Assembly: GCA_965223325.1 (NCBI GenBank)
Contig: CBDCWI010000002.1
Span: forward strand, 1,952,001 to 2,016,000
From: Candidatus Multivoradales bacterium
GTDB lineage: Bacteria; Acidobacteriota; Thermoanaerobaculia; Multivoradales; Multivoraceae
Direction: 5' to 3'
DNA: 64,000 nucleotides
Shown: positions 10,330 through 20,703 of the stretch, in pieces
Layout of the letters: every line of letters starts with the position of its first letter
Numbering within the stretch: position 1 is the stretch's first letter
Made by a program: the position numbers and the translations under genes
The notes under the pieces: model-generated
The model's database searches: none
What the model was told of the DNA's origin: nothing
The model's input: only the letters and a program-made list of their open reading frames with translations

Positions 10330-10421
10330 GATCGCATCTTACTGCGACGTTGGGCGCTCCCCATCGCCCGTCTGACGCCAGGCCCGGTTACCTCTTCGGA
10401 GATCAGCGAGACCCCCGCTGG

Positions 10422-13400
10422 TCAGGGAACCGATCGACCCCAGGCCGTTGTATCGCCGGACTCGAACCCTTCCAGGAATAGATAGGGGGTCAGTCGCACC
10501 TCGTCGATCCAGAGGTCTCCGGCAGCCACCGAGGGCCGCGCTCGGATACTGCAGGCCGCCGAAGTGGCCGACTCTCCGCCCAAGAGGTCAAAGGTCCTCC
10601 GGAAGCGGTACCAGGTTCCCTCGGAATCGTCGGCAGGTTCTATCAGGCTTGCAGTTCTCGACAGCGGAACCAGACAACCCGGCTGCGCGTAGAACTCGCA
10701 GGCCAGGCGAAGCGCCTGCGTATCGACGCTAGTGGCGCCGAGCGACGCCATGAAGCGCTCGCCGGCGTCCTCGGGGAGCTCGACACACGCCTCGATGGCG
10801 TAGTCGGTGGTCGCGTCGGAGGCGATCAAGAAGGACCCCGAGTGCGGGGACTCGGCAATGTCTGGAAACGCGGCGAAGGCGTCTTCGGTATCCGGCGGGT
10901 CGATGGTCCAGCCGGCGCCGCCGCAGTCGAAGTGGCCGTTGGTGATGAGGTTGCGGGAATCGACCCGGAAGTCGACGTGCAGGTCGTCACCCGGGACACC
11001 ATCGCGATTGGCGTCGAGAGCGTTGCCCTGCGGGTCCTCCAGGCCCAGCGAGCCACAAGCAATCAAGCGGTAGAGACCAGGGCCGGAGCCACCGGTTCCC
11101 AGCGACAGCTCAACTCGAGCTTCGTCGAGCATGGTGGCTGACCACACCTCGACAGCAACGTCGTCATCCACGGGCAGTCCACAGGTCGTGGTTGCAAACG
11201 ACTGATCGGGGCCCGCCGACACCACCCTGAAGACACTGGGATCGGCAGTCGACGGTTCGTCCATCGGCTCGTCGAAGTGGATCCTCAAGGCGCCTGGTAG
11301 GGCAGCCATCGAACGGCAGGCGTCAAGAGTCTGATCTGCGAGGCCATTGACCGCATCGAAACGAAGCTCAGTGACCTGAGGTCCGCGTCCATCGACCTCG
11401 ATCAGGATCGTCGAAGCGTTGTCTTCTTCGAGAGTTTCGGCACGCTCCGAGCCCACCCGCGCGGTGCTGGTGATCGAAGGCTCGCTGGCATTGGTCACGA
11501 CGACGATACTCGCGACCGCCATTTCTCCAGAGGCGAGCGTGCCGAGATCGCAATGGACCACGTCACGCGCATGCCAGCAGCTCGTAGAACCGACAAAACT
11601 CAGGCCGCGAGGCACCGGGTAAAGCACCTCCGTGCCCGGTGCATCGAGCGCTCCCTGGTTGGTGACCGCAAAGTTGAGAATCAGCGACTCCGCCACACCC
11701 GCTACATATTGCGACGCTGTATGGCGCAGCCGCAGGTCGGTTGCCTGCGCGACCCGAATCGTCGCCACGTCGTTGGCGGTGACGGGAAGAAAAGAACCCA
11801 GCCAGGCATTGCCCTCGACCCGGGCCTCGAAGGCTCCCTCGACGGGCGGAGCGGTGGTTTCGAACGTCAGCGTGTGGACCGTGCCAGCTGCCAGCCGCGG
11901 CAGCGTGCAGGCCAGCGAACTGCCGCTCAGCTCGCAGGTGAAGGGGCCGCTGTCGAGATGATCGAGGCTGGCCGTTTCGTCGACGGTGAGTGAAAACGAA
12001 ACGTCGTCGAGCTCCACGCTGCCGTAGTTGGCTGCGATCAGTCGGTGCAAAACGGTGTCTCCAGGCGCCACCGGTTCCTGATCCTGGGTCAGTCGAAGAT
12101 CGAAACGTGGCTGATGCAGCCTGCGCAGGTCGAGGGTCTCGCCTGGGAAGAGCAAGTGGGACAGGTTGTCGAGCTGCAATGGGAGCGCCTCTTCATTGGC
12201 GCCGGCGATGAGCGTCCAACCCCGAAGCGTCACCGTTGATCCCGCAAGCAGGGTTACATCGAGCAGGTCGTAGTCGGGCAAGACGAAGACCAGATCCTGG
12301 TCGCCGGCCAGCGACTCGGCTCGCGCACCCAGATCAAGGCAGGTGAGCGTCACGGCATCGGGAACCTCCTCGCTTTCCTCGGTCTCTTCGTCGACCCAGG
12401 TCGACGAATCGATGCCGCTAACCTGCAAGAGATCGTCACACACCGACACGGCCGAGGGCTCAATGGCGGTGCGCCGCGCCTGCTCCGGAGGGGCGGGCGG
12501 GCGTAGGCCTTGCGCGTGCACGACCACACCGTCCTCGAGTGTTGGCCCGTCGACGACCAGCGGTGCGCTGCGATCGTGGGCATCAACCGGCAGAACCCCG
12601 AGGCTCTCGATACGGCCCGTCGTCACGCCACCGTGAGCGACGTCACTGAAATCGACGCCAGCGACACGAGGATCAGGGTCGACCGAGGCGCCCAGTGCGT
12701 CGGCATCCTGGTCGAGGTCGACCATTTCGAACTCGAACTCCATGCGCGCGCTGTTGCCCTCTTTGTCACGGGTCACGCAGCTGACGAAGGTGGAGCCATA
12801 GGGTCGAGGAGTACCGAGCGCGGGAAGACAAAAGGCGTGTCCTAGAACGATCGAGCCCTCTGCGTCGGTGGCAACGAAGACCGTGTCGTGAGACGACTCA
12901 AAGAGCCCGACGGCGTCGCTGAAAAGCGGCAGGGTCTGATTCTCTGAGTCTTCTGCGAAGGCCATCGGGGTGTCGTAGCCGTTGGCGATCACCCCATACG
13001 ACGTCTTGCCCTCGTCAAACGAATCACCGGGACCAGCTAGCAACTGCGGCTCGGTCGTATCCGTTATCGTGACGAGTTGGCGAAGCGAGGCCCGGTTGCC
13101 GAAGCTGTCAGTCGCCGTCCACTCGACCCACGTCGTGCCCACCGGTAGAGCGACTGGAGACACGGACACGGTTACCGGGTTGATGTCCTCAGCGAGCGGT
13201 TCAGGAAGCAGTTCGGTCGGAGTCTGGAGAGCAACTGCCTCGAGGGTCAGCGCCGTCACCGGCGCGAAGACCGGTGGAACCCGGTCGACGACGGTGACAA
13301 CGCGCGAGCACGAGGCAGGGTTGCCGGTACCGTCCGCCGTACTGAAGGTCACCGAAGTGGCACCGTAGGGCAGGGGCTGAGGAGCATCGTGGTCAATGAC

Positions 13401-16400
13401 CAGTGGCGGCAAGTCGGTGTTGTCCGAGGCCGACGGCGAGGTGAAAAAGGACCGCAGGCCGGAGTCCAGGATGCGGTCGAGAGCTCCCGGGTCGTAGACG
13501 TACCCCGACGTGTCGTTGCCCTGCACTTCGACCGCCGCCGGACAGTCGAGTGTGGGAGCTTCGGTGTCGAGGATCACCTCTAGGGTGACCGTCGCCGGCT
13601 CACTGCGGTCGTCGAACGGATCGCTGGCGCTGAAATCGAATGCATCAGAACCTACGCCGCTCGGAAGATAGGTGACCTCACGGCACTCAGCTTCCGGATC
13701 AGGACATTCGACCGTTGCGAACTGCGCACCATCGAAGACATGCAGGCGACCGAACTGATTGGAGTGCGGGCTGAGATGTTCGGCCAGATAGAATCGGCCG
13801 TCGGCGCCGGTCGCGAACGACGACACACTGGTGAAATCACCCGGCGAGAGAATCGACATGATGTTGTTGGGATCACCGTCGGGCACGATTTCTTCGAGAA
13901 ACTCGGCCGAGGATGTGGCGAAGGTCAAGATGCGAGGGACTCGCCCGCCGCGATCGGGGTTGTCGCTGATGAGGAGCCGGGCGGTAGCGTCGTCGAGGTC
14001 GAGTTGGCCATAGGTCGTCTGGGCGCTCGTCTGATAGCTACAGACTCCGGCACCGCGGTTGAAGTCGAAGTCCTGGAGGTCGGTCGGGAAATGGACGAGG
14101 ATCAAGCTCCCGCTGCTGACGCTGTACTGCTCGAGGGTGTCGTCGCAGACGTTGGTCATGAACAGGTTGCTGCCCACCACTGCGAGGTCGCCAAAGGGGA
14201 AATCGCTGGCGTTGCCACGCGTCATGACACGGCGCAGGGCGCCGGTGTCGCGGTTCACTTCTTCCACCCCTCCGAGCCCGAGAGCGAAGAGGTCTTGCCC
14301 GCGTGCAGTAATGGCATGCGCCTCTGAGATATCGAGGAGCTTGGTCCAACTCGTGTAGTTGCCCACCCCCGGCCCCACGGTCAGGCAGAGGATCTCGGCG
14401 TTGGTGTTGGTGCCGCCGGTCGAGAGCAGGCATGCCTCACCGCCGAGCACCTCGAAGTCGATCCAACTGCCCTCGCCACCATTGGGAGTGACGGGGTTCT
14501 GCGCCACCGACGAGTCGTAGAGCACCACCGCGCTCAGCAACCGTCCAGCGAGATCAAAGCGATACAGGTAGCTGTCGTTGAGGACATAGATCGTGCCATC
14601 TGCGGCTTCGCGCACCCGGTCGATGGGAATGAACGGGAGGAGGAAGGTCCTACTGAACACCTCCTCCTCGGCGATCTTGAAGCGCAGGCGAACGACCTTC
14701 TTGTCACGATCCCCGACGAAGCGTAGGTAGTGCCAGGTGCCACCGCTGACGTTTTCGGTGGGCCGGTAGATGTCAGTGAGCGGGCCGATCTCGGGCAGGC
14801 CGTCACCGTCTCCGTCAGGATCTACAAAGGCATCCAGGGCACGCGAGAAAGAGCTGCCGCCTCCCAAGGTCTGGATCGAGATCGAGCCGCCACCATCGGA
14901 CTGTTTGGCCAACCAGATCTCTCGCGGGTTGCTCACACGGTCAGGATCGTCGTAGTAGGCGATCGCGGCGCGGTCGGCGGCGACACCCAGCGAGTAGCGC
15001 AGCTCTGGGACGGCATCAGCCAGCTGATAGCGACCGCCACCTATCGACTCGAGCGGCACGACGACGACCTCGGAACCTCCATTGTCGGTCACAATGAGGT
15101 CGCGAAGAGAGGTTGATCCGCCCGAGAAACCTCCTTGACCGCCGATCGAGTTCGGGAGGGTGTTGACCAGAAGCCCCTGCGGGTCGCTGACCAAAGCGCT
15201 GAGATCGGCGACGACGTACCACTCGAGGTTGTCTCGGTGCCAGACCTTCTTGCTGTCCCAGTCCGCGGCAAACAGAATGCCGTTCTGCTGCCCCTGGTTG
15301 TGATTCCCGTCGAGCGCACTGCGTACGGTGCCCGCCTCTGTGGTGCCGGAGTCTTGTGTCTTGCCGTGATTGAGACTCAAGCTGTGCGGTTCGAACGGTG
15401 TCTCCCAGATCTTGTCGAGCTCCGCGTAGCCATCGGTCGCGAGGATGATCCTCTTGGACACCGCATCCGCGGCGAGATTGAATGTGCCACCGTCGAAGAC
15501 CACTTCGAGCACGCTCGATGCCTCACCCAGCATGCCGCTAGCGGTGTAGCGGTTCTGGAAGATGGCCTCGAAATCGATCTCGAGGTCCCCGAGTGCTGGC
15601 TGCGACAGAGCACGGAAACGTAGCGGTCGGTCGAAGTCAGGGTCGGACGCAGTAAGCGGGATGGCAACCGGGTTGGTACTGCCCACCGTGTAGCTCACCA
15701 TCTCGGCCACCGGCGGCATGTTGGTTCCCTCGATGCGCGGAAAGACCTGAAGGGCGCTCACCGACTCGTTGCCGGACGGGTCCGTCAGGGTCCATTCAAC
15801 GTCGCTCGCCACCCCAATCGGGAAGGACACCTGGTCGCAGGCGGTTGGAGAGCCGCCTGGGATCGTGGCCAGGCACGTCACCGCAGGAGTGACCGACGCA
15901 AAGTCGAAGTACGGCGGCGGTGAGAGAACGAGACCGAACGCCGAGCCCTGGTCTAGCGGCTCGTTACAGAGATAGACGTCACAGCCAATCTGGTCGAACG
16001 GCAGGGTCAGGGTGCCGGCTGGCACCTCGACGCCTTCGCTGTCGAGCGGCAACAGGTCGGGCGGAACCGTGTCCTCGACCCGAATGGTGAGCGTGACGGA
16101 GCTCTGGTTGCCATTGCGGTCGGTCACCGTCACGGGAAACGTGTGCGCTCCGAGCGGTAGGTAGCCGGGCACCACCAGATCGACGGCGGGTGAGGGATCA
16201 CAGTTATCGCTGATGCCCAGCCACGAACGATCGAAGGCAAGCGGCAGATTGTCGGGCATGGAGCCCTCTGGAATCGCCTGCTTGGGCTGAGTGCGGACGT
16301 TGGTGCCGCCGATGCTCGTGGCCTCGAAGAGGACTTCGAGATCGCCGGTCTGGATGTCGGGTGGGAAGTACTCGTTGACCCGTAGGTTCTGGTAGTAGCG

Positions 16401-17447
16401 CACGGCGCGCGTCTTGCCCATTCGCGGGTAGTAGGGAGACGCCTTGTGGATGTTGGCGATGAAGTCGAGCCGGTGATCACCGGCCTCAAAGGTGCAGCGG
16501 CCGCCCGGCTCACACGTATGAAGTGAGCCGTTACCAACCGCCCAACCCATGAACGCACCCTGGAGGACTTCCTCGAGATCGAAGCCGAACCGCAGCGCAT
16601 CCAGCATCAGGTCGAGAAAGCCCGGGAAGATATCGTCGAGCGAGAACTCAAAATCCCAGGGCAATTCGAGAAGCCCGCAAGGGTCCATTTCGCCGATCAG
16701 CCCGAGGGCGTTCTCGATTGGCTGGCGCAGCTTCTCCAGCTCGCAGAAGTCCTCGGGCGTCAAAGACTCGGCGAGGGAACCGGTGACGACGCGGGCTGCC
16801 GACGGGTAGGTTCCCCAGGGGTCGACGTAGAGAAACTGACGTTCCTGAAACGGTCCGTAGCTCTCAACCGGGTAGAGCGCCGGCCGGTTGGGCTCGGCGA
16901 TGTCCTCCGTATCGACGTCGATGGCGAGCTCGATCGTGCAGGAGCTCTTATCGCCCGGGTCGGCGACGTCGAAGTCGAGATTTGGTGGGTCGATGGGGTG
17001 GTAGCTCAAGAGCTCCGCCGCGATCTGTCGTTCCTGTGCATCGAGTTCGAGGAACTCCTCCTCGACAATGATCGGCGGACACGACGCGGCGGTGAGAGCG
17101 CCCGCCGCGATCATGCCGACGCCCTTGGCGGCCTTCTTCTTGGCAACCTTGGCGGCGCCTACCTTTCCCTGAGTCAGGATCTTGAACAGTTCGGAGGCTT
17201 TGACACGCGTCAGTTCCTTGACGCCTTTGACCGTCAGTTGGGAGCCAACCTGTTGACAGGGCACGGCAACATGGTTGACGCCGGCCTCAGAACGCGGCCC
17301 AGTGGGCAGGTCCCGACAGGCCGCGGGGAGCTCGCCGGGCACGGTGTCGGGGATAGGGCAGACCTGCGAATGGGCTGGAATCGCGGCGGCCGCGGCAATT
17401 GTGACCAGGAAGAGAGGGGCGAGGACGGAAAGTCGGGAGGGCTGCAT
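10422..17447 (-). CDS. Giant secreted/surface protein (2341 aa) with HYR-like repeats, Ig-like domain, beta-propeller region, DUF11 domains and C-terminal GFESGD motif
   Basis: Sec signal peptide; repeated DT..P...ATD..GN.S HYR-like units; two DUF11-like units (DLRLTQ...NYGS, DLRLRH...TNQG); ends FLEGFESGDTTAWGRSVP. Confidence 0.8.
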   Translation of the reverse strand: MQPSRLSVLAPLFLVTIAAAAAIPAHSQVCPIPDTVPGELPAACRDLPTGPRSEAGVNHVAVPCQQVGSQLTVKGVKELTRVKASELFKILTQGKVGAAKVAKKKAAKGVGMIAAGALTAASCPPIIVEEEFLELDAQERQIAAELLSYHPIDPPNLDFDVADPGDKSSCTIELAIDVDTEDIAEPNRPALYPVESYGPFQERQFLYVDPWGTYPSAARVVTGSLAESLTPEDFCELEKLRQPIENALGLIGEMDPCGLLELPWDFEFSLDDIFPGFLDLMLDALRFGFDLEEVLQGAFMGWAVGNGSLHTCEPGGRCTFEAGDHRLDFIANIHKASPYYPRMGKTRAVRYYQNLRVNEYFPPDIQTGDLEVLFEATSIGGTNVRTQPKQAIPEGSMPDNLPLAFDRSWLGISDNCDPSPAVDLVVPGYLPLGAHTFPVTVTDRNGNQSSVTLTIRVEDTVPPDLLPLDSEGVEVPAGTLTLPFDQIGCDVYLCNEPLDQGSAFGLVLSPPPYFDFASVTPAVTCLATIPGGSPTACDQVSFPIGVASDVEWTLTDPSGNESVSALQVFPRIEGTNMPPVAEMVSYTVGSTNPVAIPLTASDPDFDRPLRFRALSQPALGDLEIDFEAIFQNRYTASGMLGEASSVLEVVFDGGTFNLAADAVSKRIILATDGYAELDKIWETPFEPHSLSLNHGKTQDSGTTEAGTVRSALDGNHNQGQQNGILFAADWDSKKVWHRDNLEWYVVADLSALVSDPQGLLVNTLPNSIGGQGGFSGGSTSLRDLIVTDNGGSEVVVVPLESIGGGRYQLADAVPELRYSLGVAADRAAIAYYDDPDRVSNPREIWLAKQSDGGGSISIQTLGGGSSFSRALDAFVDPDGDGDGLPEIGPLTDIYRPTENVSGGTWHYLRFVGDRDKKVVRLRFKIAEEEVFSRTFLLPFIPIDRVREAADGTIYVLNDSYLYRFDLAGRLLSAVVLYDSSVAQNPVTPNGGEGSWIDFEVLGGEACLLSTGGTNTNAEILCLTVGPGVGNYTSWTKLLDISEAHAITARGQDLFALGLGGVEEVNRDTGALRRVMTRGNASDFPFGDLAVVGSNLFMTNVCDDTLEQYSVSSGSLILVHFPTDLQDFDFNRGAGVCSYQTSAQTTYGQLDLDDATARLLISDNPDRGGRVPRILTFATSSAEFLEEIVPDGDPNNIMSILSPGDFTSVSSFATGADGRFYLAEHLSPHSNQFGRLHVFDGAQFATVECPDPEAECREVTYLPSGVGSDAFDFSASDPFDDRSEPATVTLEVILDTEAPTLDCPAAVEVQGNDTSGYVYDPGALDRILDSGLRSFFTSPSASDNTDLPPLVIDHDAPQPLPYGATSVTFSTADGTGNPASCSRVVTVVDRVPPVFAPVTALTLEAVALQTPTELLPEPLAEDINPVTVSVSPVALPVGTTWVEWTATDSFGNRASLRQLVTITDTTEPQLLAGPGDSFDEGKTSYGVIANGYDTPMAFAEDSENQTLPLFSDAVGLFESSHDTVFVATDAEGSIVLGHAFCLPALGTPRPYGSTFVSCVTRDKEGNSARMEFEFEMVDLDQDADALGASVDPDPRVAGVDFSDVAHGGVTTGRIESLGVLPVDAHDRSAPLVVDGPTLEDGVVVHAQGLRPPAPPEQARRTAIEPSAVSVCDDLLQVSGIDSSTWVDEETEESEEVPDAVTLTCLDLGARAESLAGDQDLVFVLPDYDLLDVTLLAGSTVTLRGWTLIAGANEEALPLQLDNLSHLLFPGETLDLRRLHQPRFDLRLTQDQEPVAPGDTVLHRLIAANYGSVELDDVSFSLTVDETASLDHLDSGPFTCELSGSSLACTLPRLAAGTVHTLTFETTAPPVEGAFEARVEGNAWLGSFLPVTANDVATIRVAQATDLRLRHTASQYVAGVAESLILNFAVTNQGALDAPGTEVLYPVPRGLSFVGSTSCWHARDVVHCDLGTLASGEMAVASIVVVTNASEPSITSTARVGSERAETLEEDNASTILIEVDGRGPQVTELRFDAVNGLADQTLDACRSMAALPGALRIHFDEPMDEPSTADPSVFRVVSAGPDQSFATTTCGLPVDDDVAVEVWSATMLDEARVELSLGTGGSGPGLYRLIACGSLGLEDPQGNALDANRDGVPGDDLHVDFRVDSRNLITNGHFDCGGAGWTIDPPDTEDAFAAFPDIAESPHSGSFLIASDATTDYAIEACVELPEDAGERFMASLGATSVDTQALRLACEFYAQPGCLVPLSRTASLIEPADDSEGTWYRFRRTFDLLGGESATSAACSIRARPSVAAGDLWIDEVRLTPYLFLEGFESGDTTAWGRSVP

Positions 17448-18005
17448 GAAGGGTCTCCTGCTTGAAACCCAAGAATACCCAGAAAAACTAGAAAATTCAA
17501 ATTACGGAGCCCAAGTGACTGCCGACCCAAACCAGAGGACCCTTGGGCGGCCTGGCCGCACCCGACCTCCTCGTCGACTGACCCTCGAACCTGTTGCAGA
17601 GCATCTCGGTGGTCAAGGCGCGGCCACCTTGGAACCGCTAGGTGTAGGTCGAGCGGTGTAGTCCTGTTCGGCAACGATCAGCTTCCCGCTCTCTACGCGG
17701 CCCGACTGGGAGTCGACGAAGGTGAAGTCAACTCAGGTGGTGTCGCGGTCCGCTCCTGGTGACGCGCGGTCGAGCGACGAAACCACGACGTGGTGGCCGA
17801 ACACCATGCCGGGCCGTTCTGGGCTCCCGGTGCGCTCGCCTATCGGACACCGTGTGTTCGACGAATCGAACTGCTGTCACCCGTCTCGACGTTCGGGCGA
17901 CTCAGTGTGTCGCCGCGCGTCCTCGGGCCGAGTCTCTATCCGCCCGCTGCGGTAGATTGAAATCAACTCCGTCCCAAAACCCAAGGCACAGGCAGGAACA
18001 AGATC

Positions 18006-19262
18006 ATGAGAACAACAACGATCGCGAGCCTTCTGGTCATGCTGATGGCCGCACCGGTGCTCGCCAGCGACGGTGACTCCACCGAGGGCTTTCACGTCAT
18101 CAGCGAGGTCGAGTTCAAAGAGCGAATCGAAGGGTTCTGGTACGGCCAGCTGGTCGGCAACTACATGGGCTTCCCGTTCGAGAACGTCTACATCGAAGAG
18201 GCCGTTCCGGTTCTTGTCGAGAAGTACTACACGATCGAGAACCGGGGTGACCTGCGCATCAACAGCCGGGACTCCCGCGGCGCGACCAGTATGTTCGCCT
18301 CCGCGATGGACGGTGCGTGGTCAGACGACGACACCGACATCGAGTTCGTGACCCTGCACGCGGTCGAGAAGTACGGCCTCGATCTCGACTACAGAGAGAT
18401 CACCGAGATGTGGAAGCGCCACATCAACCGTCGCATCTGGGTGGCAAACCGCACCGCGCGCGACCTGATGGATGAGGGGTTGGTTCCACCGGCCACCGGC
18501 AGCAAGGAGCACAACAAGCACTGGTTCCAGATCGACCCCCAGCTGGTCAACGAGATCTGGAGCGCCTTCTACCCTGGGATGCCAGTAGCAGCGGCCAAAA
18601 GGGCCGAATGGGGAGCGCGCATCACCAACGACGACTGGGGCACCCATCCGACGATTCTCTACGCCGTGATGTTTAGCGCCGGCTTCTTCGAGGACGATCC
18701 GGAGACGCTCGTCAAAATGGGGCTCGAGTTCCTGCCCGAAGACAGCCCGTTCACCGACGGTGTTCGCGATGTTCTCGCGTGGCACGCCGAGCACGACGAC
18801 TGGCGGGTCACCAGAAAGCTCATTCACGACAAGTACTACCGCTACAAGAAGGGCGACTTCGAGGCCCCGGTCTCCGTTGTCTCATCGCTCATCAACGGGC
18901 TCGCCGGCGTCATGGCGGTGCTCTATGGCGAGGGTGATTTCGTCAAGACGACCGGAATCGCGGTCAGCGCGGGTTACGACTGCGACAACCAGGCGGCGAC
19001 GATGGCCGGCCTGATTGGAGTCATGAAGGGTGCCTCGGTCATTCCGAAGACCTTCACCCATGAGCTTGGCCCGCGCCCCTGGAAGACGCCTTTCAACAAC
19101 TCGTACATCAACTTTGCGCGCGACGATATCTCCGTCCACACGCCGATTTCGGAAATCATTGCGCGCATCATTCGGGTCAGCGAACAGGCAATCTTCGAAG
19201 CGGGCGGCCGGAAAGTGGATTCAAACGGGCAGGTTCAGTACCTGATTCCCAAGGGGCGGTAA
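18006..19262 (+). CDS. ADP-ribosylglycohydrolase-family protein with signal peptide
   Basis: GQLVGNYMG.PFE, SDDDTDIE and GYDCDNQAAT.AGL.G metal-binding motifs; N-terminal MRTTTIASLLVMLMAAPVLA. Confidence 0.8.
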   Translation: MRTTTIASLLVMLMAAPVLASDGDSTEGFHVISEVEFKERIEGFWYGQLVGNYMGFPFENVYIEEAVPVLVEKYYTIENRGDLRINSRDSRGATSMFASAMDGAWSDDDTDIEFVTLHAVEKYGLDLDYREITEMWKRHINRRIWVANRTARDLMDEGLVPPATGSKEHNKHWFQIDPQLVNEIWSAFYPGMPVAAAKRAEWGARITNDDWGTHPTILYAVMFSAGFFEDDPETLVKMGLEFLPEDSPFTDGVRDVLAWHAEHDDWRVTRKLIHDKYYRYKKGDFEAPVSVVSSLINGLAGVMAVLYGEGDFVKTTGIAVSAGYDCDNQAATMAGLIGVMKGASVIPKTFTHELGPRPWKTPFNNSYINFARDDISVHTPISEIIARIIRVSEQAIFEAGGRKVDSNGQVQYLIPKGR

Positions 19263-19386
19263 CGCGACCCCGCAGCCGCTCCACTACCCTTCCCACCGCC
19301 TCTGGAGCACACCGCTTTGACCTTCTTTGGCAACCTGCCAGTGCTCGCACTAGACTCGACGAGTCCAGAGAGGAGAGCCGAAGACG

Positions 19387-19596
19387 ATGAAAGTGATCGT
19401 TGACTACGAACTCTGCCATTCCAACGCCGCCTGCCTCGACGAGTGCCCTGAGGTCTTCGCCTTGAACGAAGAGGACCAGCCGATGGTGCTTTGCGAGCAC
19501 CCCCCGGAGAAACTCCGCGACAAGGTGGAGTTTGCCGCGCTCTGCTGCCCGCGCTCTGCCATCACGGTGCTCCCAGACCAGCCCGAAGGCGACTGA
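19387..19596 (+). CDS. Small single-cluster ferredoxin (probably 3Fe-4S)
   Basis: MKVIVDYELCHSNAACLDECPEVF...CPRSAI (Asn at the second Cys position); GAGGAG RBS. Confidence 0.85.
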   Translation: MKVIVDYELCHSNAACLDECPEVFALNEEDQPMVLCEHPPEKLRDKVEFAALCCPRSAITVLPDQPEGD

Positions 19597-19905
19597 CGGC
19601 GGGTTCGTTCTCGAAGGCTTCGTGAGTCGCCAGCGACCAACAGTGGCGCGGCAACCCCTGCCACCCCGGTCCGCCCCGGTGAGGACAGCGCAATCCAGGA
19701 CATTGAAACTCTCCGGCAGGTTCAGAAAAGTTCAGGGAAAACTGACTGAGTATTGTGGCTGGCCTCGTTTCGGGAGCGCGTGATGACGGCAGCCAAGGGG
19801 GCCGCAGGAAAGTCGCTCGTTCGCCAGTTTGAATGCGGTAGCCAGTCACTCAACGCGGTTCTCGAGGTCCATCCAAGAAGTACAGAACGGTCGGGAACTA
19901 GCGCC

Positions 19906-20541
19906 ATGGACCAGGTAACCGAAGCGAAGTGGGACAAGGCGGCTCGGGGCTTCGACGTCATGGGGGGCTTTGGCCCCGAGAAGCGCTGGGAACCCGACAA
20001 GCGGCGCTTGTTCTCGCACATGAAAGGGCGGGTACTCTTCGTAGCCATCGGGACCGGTCTCGACATCCCCTTCTTCCCGCCCGGTCAGACCATCGTTGGG
20101 CTCGACATCAGCACCAAGATGCTCGAGAAGGCAAAGCCACGGGCGGAGAAGTACGACGGGCACATCGAGCTACGTCAAATGGACGTTCACGACCTGGACT
20201 ACGAGAGCGCCTCCTTTGACCAGGTTTTCACATCGTGCACGTTCTGTTCGGTCCCCAATCCCGTTCGAGGGCTCGAGTCGCTACAACGCGTACTCAAACC
20301 GGGCGGCAAGATTCGCATGTTCGAACACACCGGAAGTCGCTACTTCCCGTTCAGCCTGATGATGCACCTGATGACACAGGTCTCCCGTCACCTCGGCCCG
20401 GAGATGAACCGGAAGACAGTCGCGAACGTTCAGGCCGCAGGTTTCGAGCTGGTCGAAGTGGAGAACATCTTTCTCGACATCGTCAAGATGATCACTGCAC
20501 AGAAGCCGCACAGGGCGCAAGCCAACCAGGCCGTCGCGTGA
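19906..20541 (+). CDS. Class I SAM-dependent methyltransferase
   Basis: VLFVAIGTG, GLDIST.ML, MDVHDL, FDQV, CTFCSVPNP, VLKPGG...FEH; start at ATG 19906. Confidence 0.85.
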   Translation: MDQVTEAKWDKAARGFDVMGGFGPEKRWEPDKRRLFSHMKGRVLFVAIGTGLDIPFFPPGQTIVGLDISTKMLEKAKPRAEKYDGHIELRQMDVHDLDYESASFDQVFTSCTFCSVPNPVRGLESLQRVLKPGGKIRMFEHTGSRYFPFSLMMHLMTQVSRHLGPEMNRKTVANVQAAGFELVEVENIFLDIVKMITAQKPHRAQANQAVA

Positions 20542-20703
20542 GACCCATGAGGCACCGCAGGGTGACCGAACGACTCCGTGCAGCGTGCGTGCGGATCGGG
20601 CCAGAAAACTCAGTCGGCGCTGCGCCGCTCCACTGCCAGAAGGGCCGCGGCCTCGCCTATTCGGCCAGGCGGCGAGCAATCGAAGTGGGCGCGAAGCGAG
20701 TCC

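Noticed and set aside
19387-19596. Ferredoxin as the carrier for the Rnf/PFOR locus
   Set aside because: It lies 17 kb away and resembles 3Fe-4S P450-type ferredoxins; nothing in the sequence links it to that locus.
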